Below, in pieces: positions 1 through 11,670 of a DNA stretch of 64,000 nt. The stretch's first letter is position 1. Every line of letters begins with the position of its first letter. Position numbers and translations under genes: made by a program. The DNA is taken from contig CAVQID010000019.1 of NCBI GenBank assembly GCA_963712485.1, forward strand, positions 42,684-106,683, given 5' to 3'. Below the pieces are notes generated by a model. It was not told the origin of the DNA. It saw only the letters and a program-made list of their open reading frames with translations, and searched no databases. The DNA comes from an uncultured beta proteobacterium (GTDB lineage Bacteria; Pseudomonadota; Gammaproteobacteria; Burkholderiales; Burkholderiaceae_F).

Positions 1-1
1 G

Positions 2-2035
2 GGGCTTTACAGCCGCAAGTTCCTGACCGCGGACAGTCGCGTGACGGCATACGGCACGCCACGGCGGCTCGCGGTTCACATCACCCACGTGGCCGCCCGC
101 TCGGCCGACCAGCCGTTCAAGCAGAAGCTGATGCCGTTGTCGGTCGCACGCGATGCGGCGCGCAACTGGACGCAGGCCTTCCTGAGGAAACTCGAGGGCC
201 TCGGCCGCGGAAACCTGGCGCAGATGCCTTTGGGAACGAGCGATGGAGCCGATTCGCTGATCGTCGAGAGCGACGGCAAGGCGGACGCCGTATTCCTCAA
301 TGGCGTCACCGCCGGGCAGAGCCTGCATGCTGCCTTGCAGACCGCGCTCGACGACACGGTGGCCGGCCTGCCGATTCCGAAGATGATGAGCTATCAGCTC
401 GCCGATGGCAGCACCACGGTGCAGTTCGTGCGACCGGCGCACCGGTTGGTGGCAATGCACGGCCACGAGGTCGTGCCGATCAACGTCCTCGGCCTGACGG
501 CGGGGACGCGAACACTCGGTCATCGCTTCATGTGCAAGGGTGAGGTGGTGATCCGCTCGGCCGACTCGTACGTCGAGCAGATGGAATTCGAGGGCAGCGT
601 GATCCCGTCATTCGCGGCGCGCCGCCGTCGTATCGAGGAGCAGTTGGAGCGAGCCGCTGCGGAACGGGGCGCCGTGGTCGTCGCTCCCGACGAGTTGCTC
701 GACGAGGTGACGGCCCTGGTGGAATGGCCTGCCGTCTACGAGTCCGGTTTCGAGTCCGAGTTCCTGCAGGTTCCCGCCGAGTGCCTGGTGTTGACGATGC
801 AGCAGAACCAGAAGTATTTCGCGCTGCGCGATGCGCGCGGAACGCTGCTCGACCGGTTCCTGCTGGTATCCAACCTGCAGGCGAATCACCCTGAGGCGAT
901 CATCTCGGGCAACGCGCGCGTCGTGCGCGCGCGCCTGGCGGACGCCAAGTTCTTCTATGAGCAGGATCGCAAGCAGACACTCGAAAGCCGCGTGACCGGT
1001 CTGGCGAGTGTCGTCTATCACAACAAGCTCGGCTCCCAGCTCGAGCGCGTCGAACGGATGACGGGCATTGCAGTCGGAGTCGCCCGGCAATTGGGACTCG
1101 ACGTCACGCATATCGAGCGGGCCGCGCGACTGGCGAAGGCCGATCTGCGCACGCTGATGGTCGGTGAGTTCCCCGAGCTGCAGGGCATCATGGGCGAGTA
1201 TTACGCGCGCCATGACGGCGAAGCGGCTGACGTCGCCACCGCAATCCGCGAGCACTACCAGCCGCGCTTTGCGGGCGATGCGCTGCCGACCACGTCGACG
1301 GGAACCTGCGTGGCGCTGGCCGACAAACTGGAAACGTTGGCCGGCCTCTTCGGAATCGGCGAAAAGCCAACCGGCGAGCGCGACCCTTACGCGTTGCGGC
1401 GGCATGCGCTCGGCGTGCTGCGCATGCTCAAGGAAGGTGCGTTGCCGCTCGACCTCGGCGTCATGGTGGCGAGCGCGTTCGCGGCGTTCCCGGCCGGTGT
1501 CCTGAAGGACATCGCCGGCGCGCACAACGCCCTGATCGCGTTCTTCTCCGACCGGCTGGCGGGGCTGCTGCGCGATGAAAACTACGGCGCACAGGAGATC
1601 GACGCGGTGCTGGCCGAAGGTTCGATGCGCATTGATCGCGTGCCCAAACGCCTTCAGGCGGTGCGCGCCTTCATGGAGTTGCCCGAGGCCGTCAGCCTGG
1701 CTGCCGCGAACAAGCGCATCGGCAATATCCTGAAGAAGTCGGAAGGAGCGCCCGAACACTTCGATCGTTCGTTGCTGCTCGAGCCGGCCGAACAGGCGCT
1801 GGGCGCGGCATTCGCGCAACTGCGTCCGTCCGCCGAGGCGTTGTTTGCGAGCGGCGACTACACGGCGATGCTGCAGTCGCTCGCACCGCTGAAGCTTCCG
1901 GTCGACCGCTTCTTCGACGAAGTGATGGTGAACGTCGACGATGCTCAATTGCGCGCCAATCGGCTCGGTCTGCTCAGAGGGCTTCATACGACGATGAACC
2001 GTGTAGCCGATATATCGAAGCTGACGGCCGGCTAG
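2..2035 (+). CDS. glyS: glycine--tRNA ligase beta subunit (5' end cut by window edge)
   Basis: The reading frame is open back to the window start, upstream of the listed GTG at 41. The 664-aa product has GlyS-beta hallmarks: YGTPRRLAV near the N-terminus and a C-terminal anticodon-binding region ending ...DDAQLRANRLGLLRGL. About 50 N-terminal residues are missing. Confidence 0.93.
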   Translation, partial: GLYSRKFLTADSRVTAYGTPRRLAVHITHVAARSADQPFKQKLMPLSVARDAARNWTQAFLRKLEGLGRGNLAQMPLGTSDGADSLIVESDGKADAVFLNGVTAGQSLHAALQTALDDTVAGLPIPKMMSYQLADGSTTVQFVRPAHRLVAMHGHEVVPINVLGLTAGTRTLGHRFMCKGEVVIRSADSYVEQMEFEGSVIPSFAARRRRIEEQLERAAAERGAVVVAPDELLDEVTALVEWPAVYESGFESEFLQVPAECLVLTMQQNQKYFALRDARGTLLDRFLLVSNLQANHPEAIISGNARVVRARLADAKFFYEQDRKQTLESRVTGLASVVYHNKLGSQLERVERMTGIAVGVARQLGLDVTHIERAARLAKADLRTLMVGEFPELQGIMGEYYARHDGEAADVATAIREHYQPRFAGDALPTTSTGTCVALADKLETLAGLFGIGEKPTGERDPYALRRHALGVLRMLKEGALPLDLGVMVASAFAAFPAGVLKDIAGAHNALIAFFSDRLAGLLRDENYGAQEIDAVLAEGSMRIDRVPKRLQAVRAFMELPEAVSLAAANKRIGNILKKSEGAPEHFDRSLLLEPAEQALGAAFAQLRPSAEALFASGDYTAMLQSLAPLKLPVDRFFDEVMVNVDDAQLRANRLGLLRGLHTTMNRVADISKLTAG

Positions 2036-2063
2036 GTGAGCGCCACCGTGTCCGTTTCATTCG

Positions 2064-2873
2064 TTGCTGGCCACGCCGCCGACTGAGATGCTGGTCCTGC
2101 GCTCGGCGCTGTATCTGGTCTTTCTGATTGCCGTCGTGATTCCCTGGGCCTTCGTGGTCATGTCGGGTTGGTTGTTTCCGGTGCACACGCGTTACTTCCT
2201 GTGCGCCTGCTACACGAAGATGGCAATCTGGGGCGCGCGCGTCTTCTGCGGTATCCGCTGGCAGGTCGAGGGATGGGACAACCTGCCCGACGGCCCCGCG
2301 ATCCTGCTGCCGAAGCACCAGTCTTCGTGGGAAACGCTCTGGCTGCCGTCAGTCATGCCCCGCGACCTGACCTTTGTCTACAAGCGCGAACTCAACTGGC
2401 TGCCGTTCTTTGGCTGGGGCATTGCCTCGGCGCAGATGATCAGCATCGACCGGCGCAAGGGGCAGAACGCCTTCGAGCAGGTGGTGGAGCAGGGCATCGA
2501 TCGCCTCAATCGCGGCTGGTGGATCGTCATCTTTCCCGAAGGCACGCGCACGGCTCCCGGGTCGACCAGGCGCTACAAGACCGGCGGTGCGCGCCTCGCG
2601 GTGCGCACCGGAGCGATGGCCGTGCCGATCGCGGTGAATTCCGGCGAGCTGTGGCCGCGCAACGCGTTCATCCGGCGGCCCGGCCTCATCACCGTCTCGA
2701 TCGGACCGCCGGTCGATCCGAAGGGGAAATCCCCGGATGAAGTCGGCGCCGCCATAGAATCCTGGATCGAAACCGAGATGCGGCGACTCGCGCCGCATCG
2801 TTACAGCGGCCCGTATGTGCCGGCGAGGGCGCCGGCCGCGCACGGCCGCGGCAAGGCGAACGGACCCGCTTGA
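2064..2873 (+). CDS. plsC: 1-acyl-sn-glycerol-3-phosphate acyltransferase
   Basis: 269-aa ORF with an N-terminal TM segment. Acyltransferase block I is KHQSSWETL and block III is FPEGTR. The exact start codon is uncertain. Confidence 0.85.
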   Translation: MLATPPTEMLVLRSALYLVFLIAVVIPWAFVVMSGWLFPVHTRYFLCACYTKMAIWGARVFCGIRWQVEGWDNLPDGPAILLPKHQSSWETLWLPSVMPRDLTFVYKRELNWLPFFGWGIASAQMISIDRRKGQNAFEQVVEQGIDRLNRGWWIVIFPEGTRTAPGSTRRYKTGGARLAVRTGAMAVPIAVNSGELWPRNAFIRRPGLITVSIGPPVDPKGKSPDEVGAAIESWIETEMRRLAPHRYSGPYVPARAPAAHGRGKANGPA

Positions 2874-2885
2874 AGAAACTCCAGG

Positions 2886-3680
2886 TTGCCCCGCCGGAAC
2901 AGCTGTCGCTGGTGCTGGACATCGCCGAGGCCATGCCGCCTCCGCACCGCCAGCGCGCCGGACGACTCGCGCTCTCGCCGTGTGCAGCTGGGCCACGAGA
3001 CGCTCGTTTACCGCCTGCGCCGTGCTCGGCGACGCTCGATCGGTTTTCAGATCGATGACCAGGGCCTGACGATCAGCGCACCGCGCTGGGTGCCTCTGCG
3101 CGACATCGAATCAGCGATTGCCGAGAAGCGCCGGTGGATCGTCAAGAAGCAGCAGGAATGGCATGACTGGCGCTCGAAGCGGCGGCTGCCGAACCTGCGT
3201 TTTGTCGGCGGAGCCGCCGTGCCGTACCTCGGACAAGAAGTCGTGCTCCGGCTCGGTGCCGACCTTTCAGCCACGCGCCGCCGTGAGAGCGAACTGCACC
3301 TCGCGCTGCCGCCAGAGGCCGGCGAATTGCAGGTTCGCGATGCCGTGCAGGCCTGGTTGCAGGCCGAGGCGAGACGCGTGTTCGGCGAAAGGATCGCGCA
3401 GTTTTCTGGCCGGATCAGTGCGCGCTATGCCGGTTGGTCGCTGTCTTCCGCTCGTTCGCAGTGGGGTTCTTGCACCCATGACGGCCGCATCCGGCTCAGC
3501 TGGCGCCTGATCCACTTTTCACTGCCGGTCATCGATTACGTCGTCGCGCACGAACTGGCGCATCTGCACGAGCTCAATCACGGCCCGCGGTTCTGGAATG
3601 CCGTGGCGCAGCTGCTGCCCGGCTTCGAGGCGGCGCGCGACGAGATCCGGCGCGTCGACGTCGCGGCGCTGCCGCTATAG
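2886..3680 (+). CDS. YgjP/DUF45-type zinc-dependent hydrolase
   Basis: 264-aa ORF with the C-terminal motif HELAHLHELNHGPRFW (HExxH) and the family core RRVQLGHETLVYRLRRARRRSIGFQIDDQGLTISAP. The N-terminus is uncertain. A TTG at 2870 in another frame gives a more protein-like leader, so a frame break near ~2970 is possible. Confidence 0.8.
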   Translation: MPRRNSCRWCWTSPRPCRLRTASAPDDSRSRRVQLGHETLVYRLRRARRRSIGFQIDDQGLTISAPRWVPLRDIESAIAEKRRWIVKKQQEWHDWRSKRRLPNLRFVGGAAVPYLGQEVVLRLGADLSATRRRESELHLALPPEAGELQVRDAVQAWLQAEARRVFGERIAQFSGRISARYAGWSLSSARSQWGSCTHDGRIRLSWRLIHFSLPVIDYVVAHELAHLHELNHGPRFWNAVAQLLPGFEAARDEIRRVDVAALPL

Positions 3681-3694
3681 CCAAGGAACGCAAG

Positions 3695-4082
3695 ATGAGG
3701 ATTCTGCACACCATGCTGCGCGTCGGACGACCTGCAGCGTTCGATCGATTTTTACACCACCGTTCTCGGCATGAAACTGCTGCGGACCACCGATCGCCCG
3801 GAGCAGAAATACACGCTCGCATTCGTCGGCTATGGCGACGAGCGCGAGCACGCGGTGCTGGAACTGACCTACAACTACGGCGTCGATCGGTACGACATCG
3901 GCAACGCCTACGGTCATGTCGCCATCGCGGTGCCGGACGCCGCCGCAGCCTGCGAGCGCATCCGCGCGGCCGGCGGCAACGTCACCCGTGAAGCCGGGCC
4001 CGTCATGGGCGGCAGCACGGTGATTGCCTTTGTCACCGATCCGGACGGCTACAAGATCGAATTGATCCAGGCGCGGCAGTAA
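3695..4082 (+). pseudogene. gloA: lactoylglutathione lyase (glyoxalase I), frameshifted as given
   Basis: [11 protein letters not shown] (frame of 3695) continues as [38 protein letters not shown]... only in the frame of ORF 3771..4082. One extra base near 3727 breaks an otherwise complete ~128-aa protein. Confidence 0.9.
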
Positions 4083-4878
4083 GCTCGGCCTTGCTAGACA
4101 GCACAGCCGTCAACCGCGCGAAGTCATCGACCGACAGGGTCTCCGCGCGCGCCTGCGGATCGACCTGTGCCTGAACGATTTCTTCCGCCGTAGCCAGCGG
4201 GGCCAGCGCGTTGCGCAGCGTCTTGCGGCGTTGCCCGAACGCAGTGGCGACGACACGACCGAAGACAATCGGATCGACGGCCGGCAACTGCTCCGCCGGC
4301 AAGGGCTGCATCCGCACGATGCTCGACGTCACCTGCGGTGGCGGGGTAAAGGCCCCGCGCGGGACGTCGAAGAGCCGCGTCATGCGATAGCGAAACTGCA
4401 GCATGAGCGACAGGCGCCCGTAGGTTCGACTGCCGGGCGGCGCCACCATCCGTTCGACCACTTCCTTCTGCAGCATGAAGTGCTGGTCGATCACGCGGCC
4501 GGCATGCGGCACCAGCGAAAACAGCAGCGGCGACGAGATGTTGTACGGCAGGTTGCCGACAACGCGCAACGGACCGGGGATCGTCGACCAGTCGAACTCG
4601 AGCGCGTCGGCCTCGATCAGCGTGAGTTCTTCTGCCGTGAACTGCGTCCGCAGCCACGCGGCGAGATCGCGGTCGATCTCGATGGCGGTGATGTGTCCGG
4701 CCCGCTCGACGAGCGCGCGCGTCAGTGCGGCCTGGCCCGGACCGATCTCGATCATCGTTTGCCCCGGGCGCGGGTCGATCGCGTCGACGATGCGACCGAT
4801 GACGTGCGCATCGTGCAGGAAGTTCTGCCCGAAACGCTTGCGTGCGCGGTGTTGCGGACGCTCCGGGCGCTCGCTCAC
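4033..4878 (-). CDS. rsmA: 16S rRNA (adenine1518-N6/adenine1519-N6)-dimethyltransferase
   Basis: Lies within ORF 4033..5019. Carries the family motifs RKRFGQNFL and SAM-binding [11 protein letters not shown]. The likely start is the GTG at 4878, because the longer ORF overlaps pdxA. The 3' end overlaps the gloA 3' end by ~50 bp. Confidence 0.9.
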   Translation of the reverse strand: MSERPERPQHRARKRFGQNFLHDAHVIGRIVDAIDPRPGQTMIEIGPGQAALTRALVERAGHITAIEIDRDLAAWLRTQFTAEELTLIEADALEFDWSTIPGPLRVVGNLPYNISSPLLFSLVPHAGRVIDQHFMLQKEVVERMVAPPGSRTYGRLSLMLQFRYRMTRLFDVPRGAFTPPPQVTSSIVRMQPLPAEQLPAVDPIVFGRVVATAFGQRRKTLRNALAPLATAEEIVQAQVDPQARAETLSVDDFARLTAVLSSKAELTAAPGSIRSCSRPDR

Positions 4879-4915
4879 GACGGTCCGATGACGCAGAACG
4901 ACCCCATGCGGTCCG

Positions 4916-5863
4916 TCATTCGCGCTGCCGGCTCGCGAGTTCGATCGCCAGTTCGAGTGCCGCGCGCATGCTGCCGGCGTGCGCGCTTCCGGTGCCGGCC
5001 AGCTCGAGCGCCGTGCCATGGTCGACGGACGTGCGTACGAACGGAAGGCCCAGCGTGATGTTCACGCCCTGGCCAAAGGTCGCGTACTTCAGCACCGGCA
5101 GCCCCTGGTCATGGAACATCGCGAGGACCACATCGTATTGACGCACTGTATCGGGCACGAACACGGTGTCGGCCGGGAGCGGCCCGCAAGCGTCGATGCC
5201 TGCGGCGACGGCCTGCCTGATCGCGGGCGTGATGACGTCGATCTCTTCCCGGCCCAGATGGCCCGCTTCGCCGGCGTGCGGATTAAGGCCGGTGACGGCG
5301 ATGCGGGGTCGAACGATGCCGAATTTCGTCCGCAGGTCGCGGTCGAGTATGCCGAGCGTTTCGACCAGCGCTTCAAACGTGAGCGCGGTGCTGACCCGCG
5401 ATAGCGGCAGATGGGTTGTTGCAAGCGCCACCCGCAGCGGGCCATGGGCGGTCGCGCCGGCCAGCATCATCACCACGCGTGCTGTCTCCGTCTTTTCCGC
5501 GAGGTATTCGGTGTGTCCGGAGAACGGAATGCCGGCGTCATTGATGATGCTTTTCTGAACTGGGGCCGTGACCATCGCGTCGTATCGGCCGGAACGGCAG
5601 CCGTCGATGGCTGCATCGAGGGTGCCGAGCACGTAATGTGCGTTGCGCAGGTCGAGTTTTCCCGCGACGCACGGTGTCGCCAGCGGCACGTGGTGGATCG
5701 ACGCAGGCAGCGGACAGCCCCGCAGCGCGGCACGTTCGGCGAGCAGCCCGGCGTCGCCGATCAGCGTGACCTCCGCCGCGAGCGGCGGCTCGAGTGCAGC
5801 GAGTGCAATCTCAGGCCCGATGCCGGCTGGCTCGCCGGTCGTAAGCGCGAGCCTGGGACGCAT
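4916..5863 (-). CDS. pdxA: 4-hydroxythreonine-4-phosphate dehydrogenase
   Basis: Lies within ORF 4916..5980. The family N-terminus [19 protein letters not shown] begins at the internal Met at 5863. The HTEYL and DHGTA motifs are present. Gene order is the classic surA-pdxA-rsmA. Confidence 0.9.
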   Translation of the reverse strand: MRPRLALTTGEPAGIGPEIALAALEPPLAAEVTLIGDAGLLAERAALRGCPLPASIHHVPLATPCVAGKLDLRNAHYVLGTLDAAIDGCRSGRYDAMVTAPVQKSIINDAGIPFSGHTEYLAEKTETARVVMMLAGATAHGPLRVALATTHLPLSRVSTALTFEALVETLGILDRDLRTKFGIVRPRIAVTGLNPHAGEAGHLGREEIDVITPAIRQAVAAGIDACGPLPADTVFVPDTVRQYDVVLAMFHDQGLPVLKYATFGQGVNITLGLPFVRTSVDHGTALELAGTGSAHAGSMRAALELAIELASRQRE

Positions 5864-5888
5864 GGGCCTGTCCAGAGCCGCGCGCGGA

Positions 5889-7304
5889 CTACCCGCGTTC
5901 CTCGATGCGGTACTCGACGTAAGTCCTGTCGCGCAACTGGCGCAACCAGTCCTGGTACGCCTCTTCGCTCTTGCGTTCACGCAGCGCCTGGCGTGCCTGC
6001 TGGCGCGCGCGCTCGGTCGAAGCCGGCTCGGTCCGGCGTTCGACGACCTGGATCAGATGCCAGCCGAAAGGCGACTGCACCGGGTCACTGAGTTCGTTGA
6101 TCTTCAGTGCGTTCATCGCCCGCTCGAATTCGGGGACCGTGTCGCCGGGATAGACCCAGCCGAGGTCGCCGCCACGACTGCCGCTGGGATCGAGTGAATG
6201 CAGGCGCGCCAGCGTGCCGAATTCGACCTGCCCGGCCTGGATACGCAGCTTGAACTCCTCGAGTCGGCGCCGCACTTCAGCTTCGGGGGCGACGTCCGAG
6301 GCCCGCAGCAGGATGTGACGCACGTGGGTCTGCTGCACCGGCCCGCCGATCAACTTGCCTTCGACCGCGCTGCGGCGTCCCAGTACCTTGAGAATGTGGA
6401 AGCCGTTCGGACTGCGCACGATCGGTGCAACGTCGCCGACCTTTACGCCCTTGATGGCCTCGATGAACAGCGTCGGCAGCCGGTCCGCGTTGCGCCAGCC
6501 GATCGCGCCGCCCTGGAGTGCTTCCGGCGCATTCGAATAGCTCGCCGCCAGGCGCGCGAAGTCGGCGCCGCCCTTGAGCTGCGCGAGAAGATCGTCCGCG
6601 CGCTGACGCGTCTCGTCGAGCCGCTGCGCATTGGAATTTTCCGGCACCCGCAGCAGGATCTGCGCCAGGTTGACTTCTTCGGTATCAGCGGTCACGCCCG
6701 CCTGATCGGCGATGAAGTTGTCGAGCTCGCTTTCCGAGATCTGCAGCCGTCCGTCGACCTCGCGCTCGCGCACGCGGTTGAGCAATATGTCCTGGCGCAC
6801 GTCCTCGCGGAACTGTGCAAACGACACGCCTTCCGCTTCGAGTCTCTGGCGCAGGGCCGGCACCGTCATGTTGTTGGCTTCGGCGATACGTCCGATCGCG
6901 GCGTTGACGGTGGCGTCGTCGACCCGCACGCCGGTCTCCCGCGCGAGCTGCAGCTGCGCGCGATCGATGATCATCCGTTCGAGCACCTGCCGCTCGAGCA
7001 CTTCGGGCGGCGGCGGCTGGATCTTCTGACGTTGCAGCTGGATGACCGCCGCCTGAGTGCGCACGCGCAGTTCGTTCGCCGTGATGACTTCGTCGTTGAC
7101 GACCGCGACGATGCGGTCGAGCGGGCGACTGCCGCGGCCGGCCGGCGGGGCCGTCGCAGGCGCCGGCGCGGCGGGAGCAGCGCTCGCCGCGCCGGGCGCG
7201 GGTTTCAGTGCGTCGGGCGTGGCCGGCTGCTGCGCGGGGGCGCCGCCGGCAACGAGCGACAGTGAGAAAAGCGTGCACGCAAGCACGCGAGCGTTTGAAC
7301 GCAT
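5889..7304 (-). CDS. surA: periplasmic chaperone / peptidyl-prolyl isomerase SurA
   Basis: 471 aa with a signal peptide ([25 protein letters not shown]). There are two parvulin-type domains containing GGDLGW / GGAIGW motifs. It sits between lptD and pdxA. Confidence 0.9.
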   Translation of the reverse strand: MRSNARVLACTLFSLSLVAGGAPAQQPATPDALKPAPGAASAAPAAPAPATAPPAGRGSRPLDRIVAVVNDEVITANELRVRTQAAVIQLQRQKIQPPPPEVLERQVLERMIIDRAQLQLARETGVRVDDATVNAAIGRIAEANNMTVPALRQRLEAEGVSFAQFREDVRQDILLNRVREREVDGRLQISESELDNFIADQAGVTADTEEVNLAQILLRVPENSNAQRLDETRQRADDLLAQLKGGADFARLAASYSNAPEALQGGAIGWRNADRLPTLFIEAIKGVKVGDVAPIVRSPNGFHILKVLGRRSAVEGKLIGGPVQQTHVRHILLRASDVAPEAEVRRRLEEFKLRIQAGQVEFGTLARLHSLDPSGSRGGDLGWVYPGDTVPEFERAMNALKINELSDPVQSPFGWHLIQVVERRTEPASTERARQQARQALRERKSEEAYQDWLRQLRDRTYVEYRIEERG

Positions 7305-7357
7305 GGGATCTTATTACTCGTAGTAGTCGAACCTCCCAGGCTGTCGCGGCAGGGGGT

Positions 7358-9696
7358 TCAGCGCTGGTAGCCGGGGATATTACGCTGCAATTGTGAGACG
7401 GCGTTCGTTCCGACACTCGTCAGCCCGGTCAGTTCCAGCTGCACGTAGAAGTTGGTGTCGTCGAAGTCCGTCGTCGTCGCGAAGCGCTGTACGGCGAAGC
7501 GCACCAGCCAGCAGTCGTCCTTGTATTCGAAGCCGGCCAGCGCATCGATCCACCGGCTGTCCTGCTTTGAACGAGTAGTTGAAGCGGCCGACCGCGTACC
7601 AGCGGTCCGACAGCGGCCACTGCGCCGCGATGTCGAACTGGTTGATGTCGCCGTCCCGGTAGCGGTAGTACGCGCTCAGCACCGAGGCGCGCCGCGGCTG
7701 CCAGCGCATGCCCGCGGTCGCGCGCGACGACTTCGCTTGCCTCGGTGGAATACTGCGCGGCCAGGTCGATCGCCCAGTATCGCCCGAGCTGCGCCGTGAC
7801 GGCGCCGAGCAGATCGGTGGCGTCGCTCGGTCGCGGCGACTCTCCCGGCAGCGTCACCCGCTGCGGCTGAAGTAGTAGCGCTGGCCGATGGCAGCACGCA
7901 GCCGCTCGGCGCCGGTTTCGTCGTCGAGTACGCGGGTCGCGAGCGCGAACGTCAGCTGGTTGGCCTCGGCGATGCGGTCGTAGCCGGAGTAGATGTTCTC
8001 CGTGAACAGTTGCGCGTAGTTGAGGTCCGCCAGCGCGCTGTCGAAGTTCGGCAGCGCGCTCTGGTCGCGGAACGGGATGTAGGCGTAGAACAGCCGCGGC
8101 TCGAGCGTCTGCTGCGAGGCGCGGCCGAACCACTCGATGTCACGATCGAAGATCAGCCCGGAGTCGAGGCTCAGGATCGGCATGACGCGCGTCGGGTTCG
8201 GGTCGTCCGGATGCAGCAACGGATCGAGGTCGTAGTACGTCGCCGAGAGCGCGCGCGCGGAATGACGAACCAGCCCGGCGCGAGAATGGGATACGCCACT
8301 CGCGGGTCGACGAGGTAGCGGGAGCCGTTCTCAGGGCGTCCGGATGGTGAAGCGGGTGCCGTCCAGCATGGCCGCCGCCTCCAGACCCGTGCCAGTCGGC
8401 GATGTAACCGTTGACCGTGGCCTGCGGCACGCGCTCGTAGGGCTTGGTCACCGGCGCCAGCGGATCCTGCAGCGTCTGGTTCTTCGTCACGCGGACGGCG
8501 GTGTTCCAGTAGGGCTGTGTGTACGACACGAACGCGTCCTGCGGCAGCACCTTCTGCGAGGATCCCACGAATCGTGCTGGAGAAGTCGACGAAGTAGTTG
8601 TCGTCGGAGACCCGGTTGTAGTTGATGCCACCGGCGATGCCCGAGGGTCGGCGTACTTGAGCGCACGCCGGTGTAGTCGCGGGTCTGGTCGGTCTGCCGG
8701 TCGTTCGGGATCACGTCGTAGACCAGGTTGCCGCTGTAGGTCGGCTGCAGGAAGCGGAACTCGTTGACGAGAATGACCCGCGCTTGGTCATCAGCCGCGG
8801 CGCGATCGTGTAGTCGTAATTGGGCGCGATGTTCCAGTAATACGGCATGCGGATATCGGTGCCGAGCGTCGAACTGAGTCCGAAGCTCGGCGTGAGAAAA
8901 CCGGAGCGCCGCCGGTCGCCGACCGGAAAGCCGAGGATCGGCGAGGCAAGGATCGGCACGCCCTGGAAGTAGAGCTTCGCGGTGCTGGCGGTGGCCGACT
9001 CCTCGAGTGCGTCGACTTCCACGGATTCGACCTGTACCCACCAGGCGTCGTCGCCCGGTGCACAGGTCGTGAAGCGGGCGTCTTCCATGCGCGCCTGCTC
9101 GTTGCCGAGGAACTCGACCAGCGACGCTTCGCCGCGGCCGTTGCGCGGCGGGTAGGTGAACTGCGCGTCGGGCATGGTACCGGTCTGCGCGTCGATGCGG
9201 AACGACAGCTGCGGCCCGCGAAAATGTTCCGCCCCGGCTGAACACCCGGGCATTGCCTTCGACGTCGACCTGGTCCGTGGCCTGCGTGTAGGTGATGCGA
9301 TCGCCGCGCAGCACCGTGCCGCCGCGGCGGACCTCGGCATTGCCTTCGAGCACGATCTTGTCGTCGATGGTGCCTTCGATGCGCTCGGCGCGCGCAAATG
9401 TCGGCGTCGATTCGCGGCTCACCTGATGCGTCTCGGACAGCAGCCTTTCGAGCTTCAGCCGCGGCCAGGGTGCGTCGTCGGCAGCCGGCGCGCGCGACTG
9501 CGGTGAGGGCACGCCAACTGGCGCCGCGGGAGGGACGCCCGGAGCTTGCGCGCCAGCACCCCCGTCGGGAATGCCCCAGCAGCGCGAGGCTCAGCGGAGT
9601 CAGTGCAAGAAACAGGATCGGCGCGGCGTTCGCCGGCAGGCGCGGCATTAGAATTCGTGGCGAGGTCGAGCCGAAGGGCGCGTCGATTATAGGCAT
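7358..9696 (-). pseudogene. lptD: LPS-assembly outer-membrane protein LptD, with >=10 frame breaks as given
   Basis: LptD peptides are spread over all three minus-strand frames. Examples:
- signal peptide MPRLPANAAPILFLALTPLSLALLG;
- ERIEGTIDDKIVLEGNAEVRRGGTVLRGDRITY;
- LYFQGVPILASPILGFPVGDRRRSGFLTPSFG;
- MPYYWNIAPNYDYTIAPR;
- EPRLFYAYIPFRDQSALPNFDS;
- C-terminus FYVQLELTGLTSVGTNAVSQLQRNIPGYQR-stop at 7358. Confidence 0.9.
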
Positions 9697-9751
9697 CGCA
9701 TCCTCTGAACCTGAATCGCGGAACGACGCCGCGATGCCAACTCGAGCTGCG

Positions 9752-10796
9752 ATGAGTGCAACGACGTCTCCCGACGTCTTTCCGCGATGCTCGTCGCGAC
9801 GCGCTGATCGCGTGGCTCGAGCACTTCCGACCCGGCATTGCATTGCACCGGAGACAATGCGAGCCCGCCTCGGCGGACGCGAGCTTCCGTCGCTACTTCC
9901 GCGTCGAGCGCCGGCGCGCGAGCCTGATCGCGATGGACGCACCGCCGGACAAGGAAGATGTGCGGCCATTCATCCACGTGGCCCGACTGCTGCGCGACGC
10001 CGGGCTGAACGCGCCTCAGGTGCTCGAAGCGGATCGAGCACCAGGGCTTCCTGCTGCTGAGCGATCTCGGCAGCGCCACGTACCTGGCAGCGCTGGACGA
10101 TGACAACGCATCCGCCGCTGTTCGCCGATGCTACGGATGCGCTGCTGCGCTGGCAGCTGGCCACGCCGGCCCGGCGTGCTGCCGCCCTACGACGAAGCGC
10201 TGCTGCGCCGCGAACTGGCGCTGTTTCCCGGACTGGTATGTCGCGCGTCATCTCGGGCATGACACTGACGACCGCGCAGCGGGAAGCAGCTCGACCGCAT
10301 GTTCGACCGCATCGTCGCCTCCAACCTCGCGCAGCCGACCGTGCTACGTGCACCGCGACTACATGCCGCGCAACCTGATGGTCGCCGACGCCGAACCCGG
10401 GCGTGCTCGACTTCCAGGATGCCGTCATCGGCCCGATCACGTACGACCTCGCGTCGCTGTTCCGCGACGCGTTCATCAGCTGGGATGAGGAGCGCGTGAT
10501 CGACTGGTCGATTCGCTACTGGGCAGGCGGCGCGCCGCGCGGGCCTGCCGGTGGGCAGCGACTTCGGCAGCTTCTGGCGCGATTTCGAGTGGATGGGACT
10601 GCAGCGCCACCTGAAGGTGCTCGGCATCTTTGCGCGCATCAACTACCGCGACGGCAAGCCGCACTATCTGGCCGACACGCCGCGCTTCGTCGGCTACGTG
10701 CGGGCGGTCGCGCGACGCTACGACGAGCTTGCGCCGCTGGCGCGGCTGTTCGACGAACTGGAAGGCGTGGCGGTGAGGGTGGGATACACGTTCTGA
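9752..10796 (+). pseudogene. amgK: aminoglycoside-phosphotransferase-family kinase (AmgK-like anomeric MurNAc/GlcNAc kinase), with >=7 frame breaks
   Basis: Fragments occur in three frames: DASFRRYFRV...LIAMDAPP, GFLLLSDLGSATYL, VHRDYMPRNLMV, VLDFQDAVIGPITYDLASLFRDAF, and the C-terminus WMGLQRHLKVLGIFARINYRDGKPHYL. The gene is divergent from lptD and followed by murU, which is the known amgK-murU arrangement. Confidence 0.7.
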
Positions 10797-10926
10797 TGAA
10801 TGCCGCTCGTGCACGCATCGGCGACCGATGCGCGGACGCTCGCGGCGCGGGGCTTGCGCCTGACGGCCGGAAGGCTCTGCGAACGTAAGGGTGGTGGTGC
10901 GGCGGGACCAACGCGGGAAAGAAGGA

Positions 10927-11641
10927 ATGCGAGCATTGATACTGGCAGCAGGACGCGGGGAGCGAATGCGGCCGCTGACCGACACCGACGCCGAAGCCGC
11001 TGCTGGAATGCGGCGGACGCCGGCTGATCGAATGGCAGCTCGACGCGCTTGCACGCTGCCGGCATCCGCGAGGTCGTCATCAATCTCGCGCATCTGCCGG
11101 ATGCGTTCGAGCGCACCCTGGGCAGCGGCGCGCGCTACGGTGTCATCGATCGCCTATTCGCGCGAGGGCGATCGGGCGGAAGATGCACTCGAGACGCTCG
11201 GCGGCATCGTCCGCGCGCTGCCATTGCTCGGTGACGCGCCGTTCCTCGTCGTCAGCGGTGACATCGTGACGGGCTTCGACTACGCATCGCTGCGCGATCC
11301 GGCGGCAGTCATTGCCGATGCGCGAGGCCGACGCCCACCTCGTGCTGGTCGACAATCCGGCCTTCCACGCACAGGGCGACATGGGCCTCGTCGACGGCCG
11401 TGTCGAGCCTGACGCAGCCGAGCGCCTGACGTACGCGAACGTCGGCGTGTTCGCGCCGCGACTCTTCTCGCAACTCCCGCCGGACCGTGCGCGCCTCTTC
11501 CCGTGGCTTTACGACGCTGCGCGGGCCGGCCGTGTCAGCGGCGAACGATTCAGCGGACGCTGGTACAACATCGGCACGCCTGCGGAACTCGCCCGCGTCG
11601 ACGCGGAACTGACGTCGCGAGGTTTGCGGCACTGCTCGTAG
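10927..11641 (+). pseudogene. murU: N-acetylmuramate alpha-1-phosphate uridylyltransferase (MurU-like nucleotidyltransferase), with ~4 frame breaks
   Basis: The protein is spread over three frames, with breaks near 10982, 11055, 11150 and 11320. Fragments are [20 protein letters not shown] (the G-x-G-x-R nucleotidyltransferase N-terminus), [25 protein letters not shown]...LETLGGI and FSGRWYNIGTPAEL. Confidence 0.75.
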
Positions 11642-11670
11642 AATTCCGCTTTGGCGCGCGAGCGCATTGA

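Noticed and set aside
608-1987. 459-aa ORF on the minus strand, antisense to glyS.
   Set aside because: Mirror ORF typical of high-GC DNA. Its composition is dominated by R/A/G/H/Q with no recognisable domain, while the plus strand encodes a clearly conserved GlyS.
4033-4082. 50-bp convergent overlap of the gloA and rsmA 3' ends.
   Set aside because: Both C-termini are plausible as read. Given the indel noise in this window, a lost stop codon cannot be excluded, but there is no evidence for anything functional.
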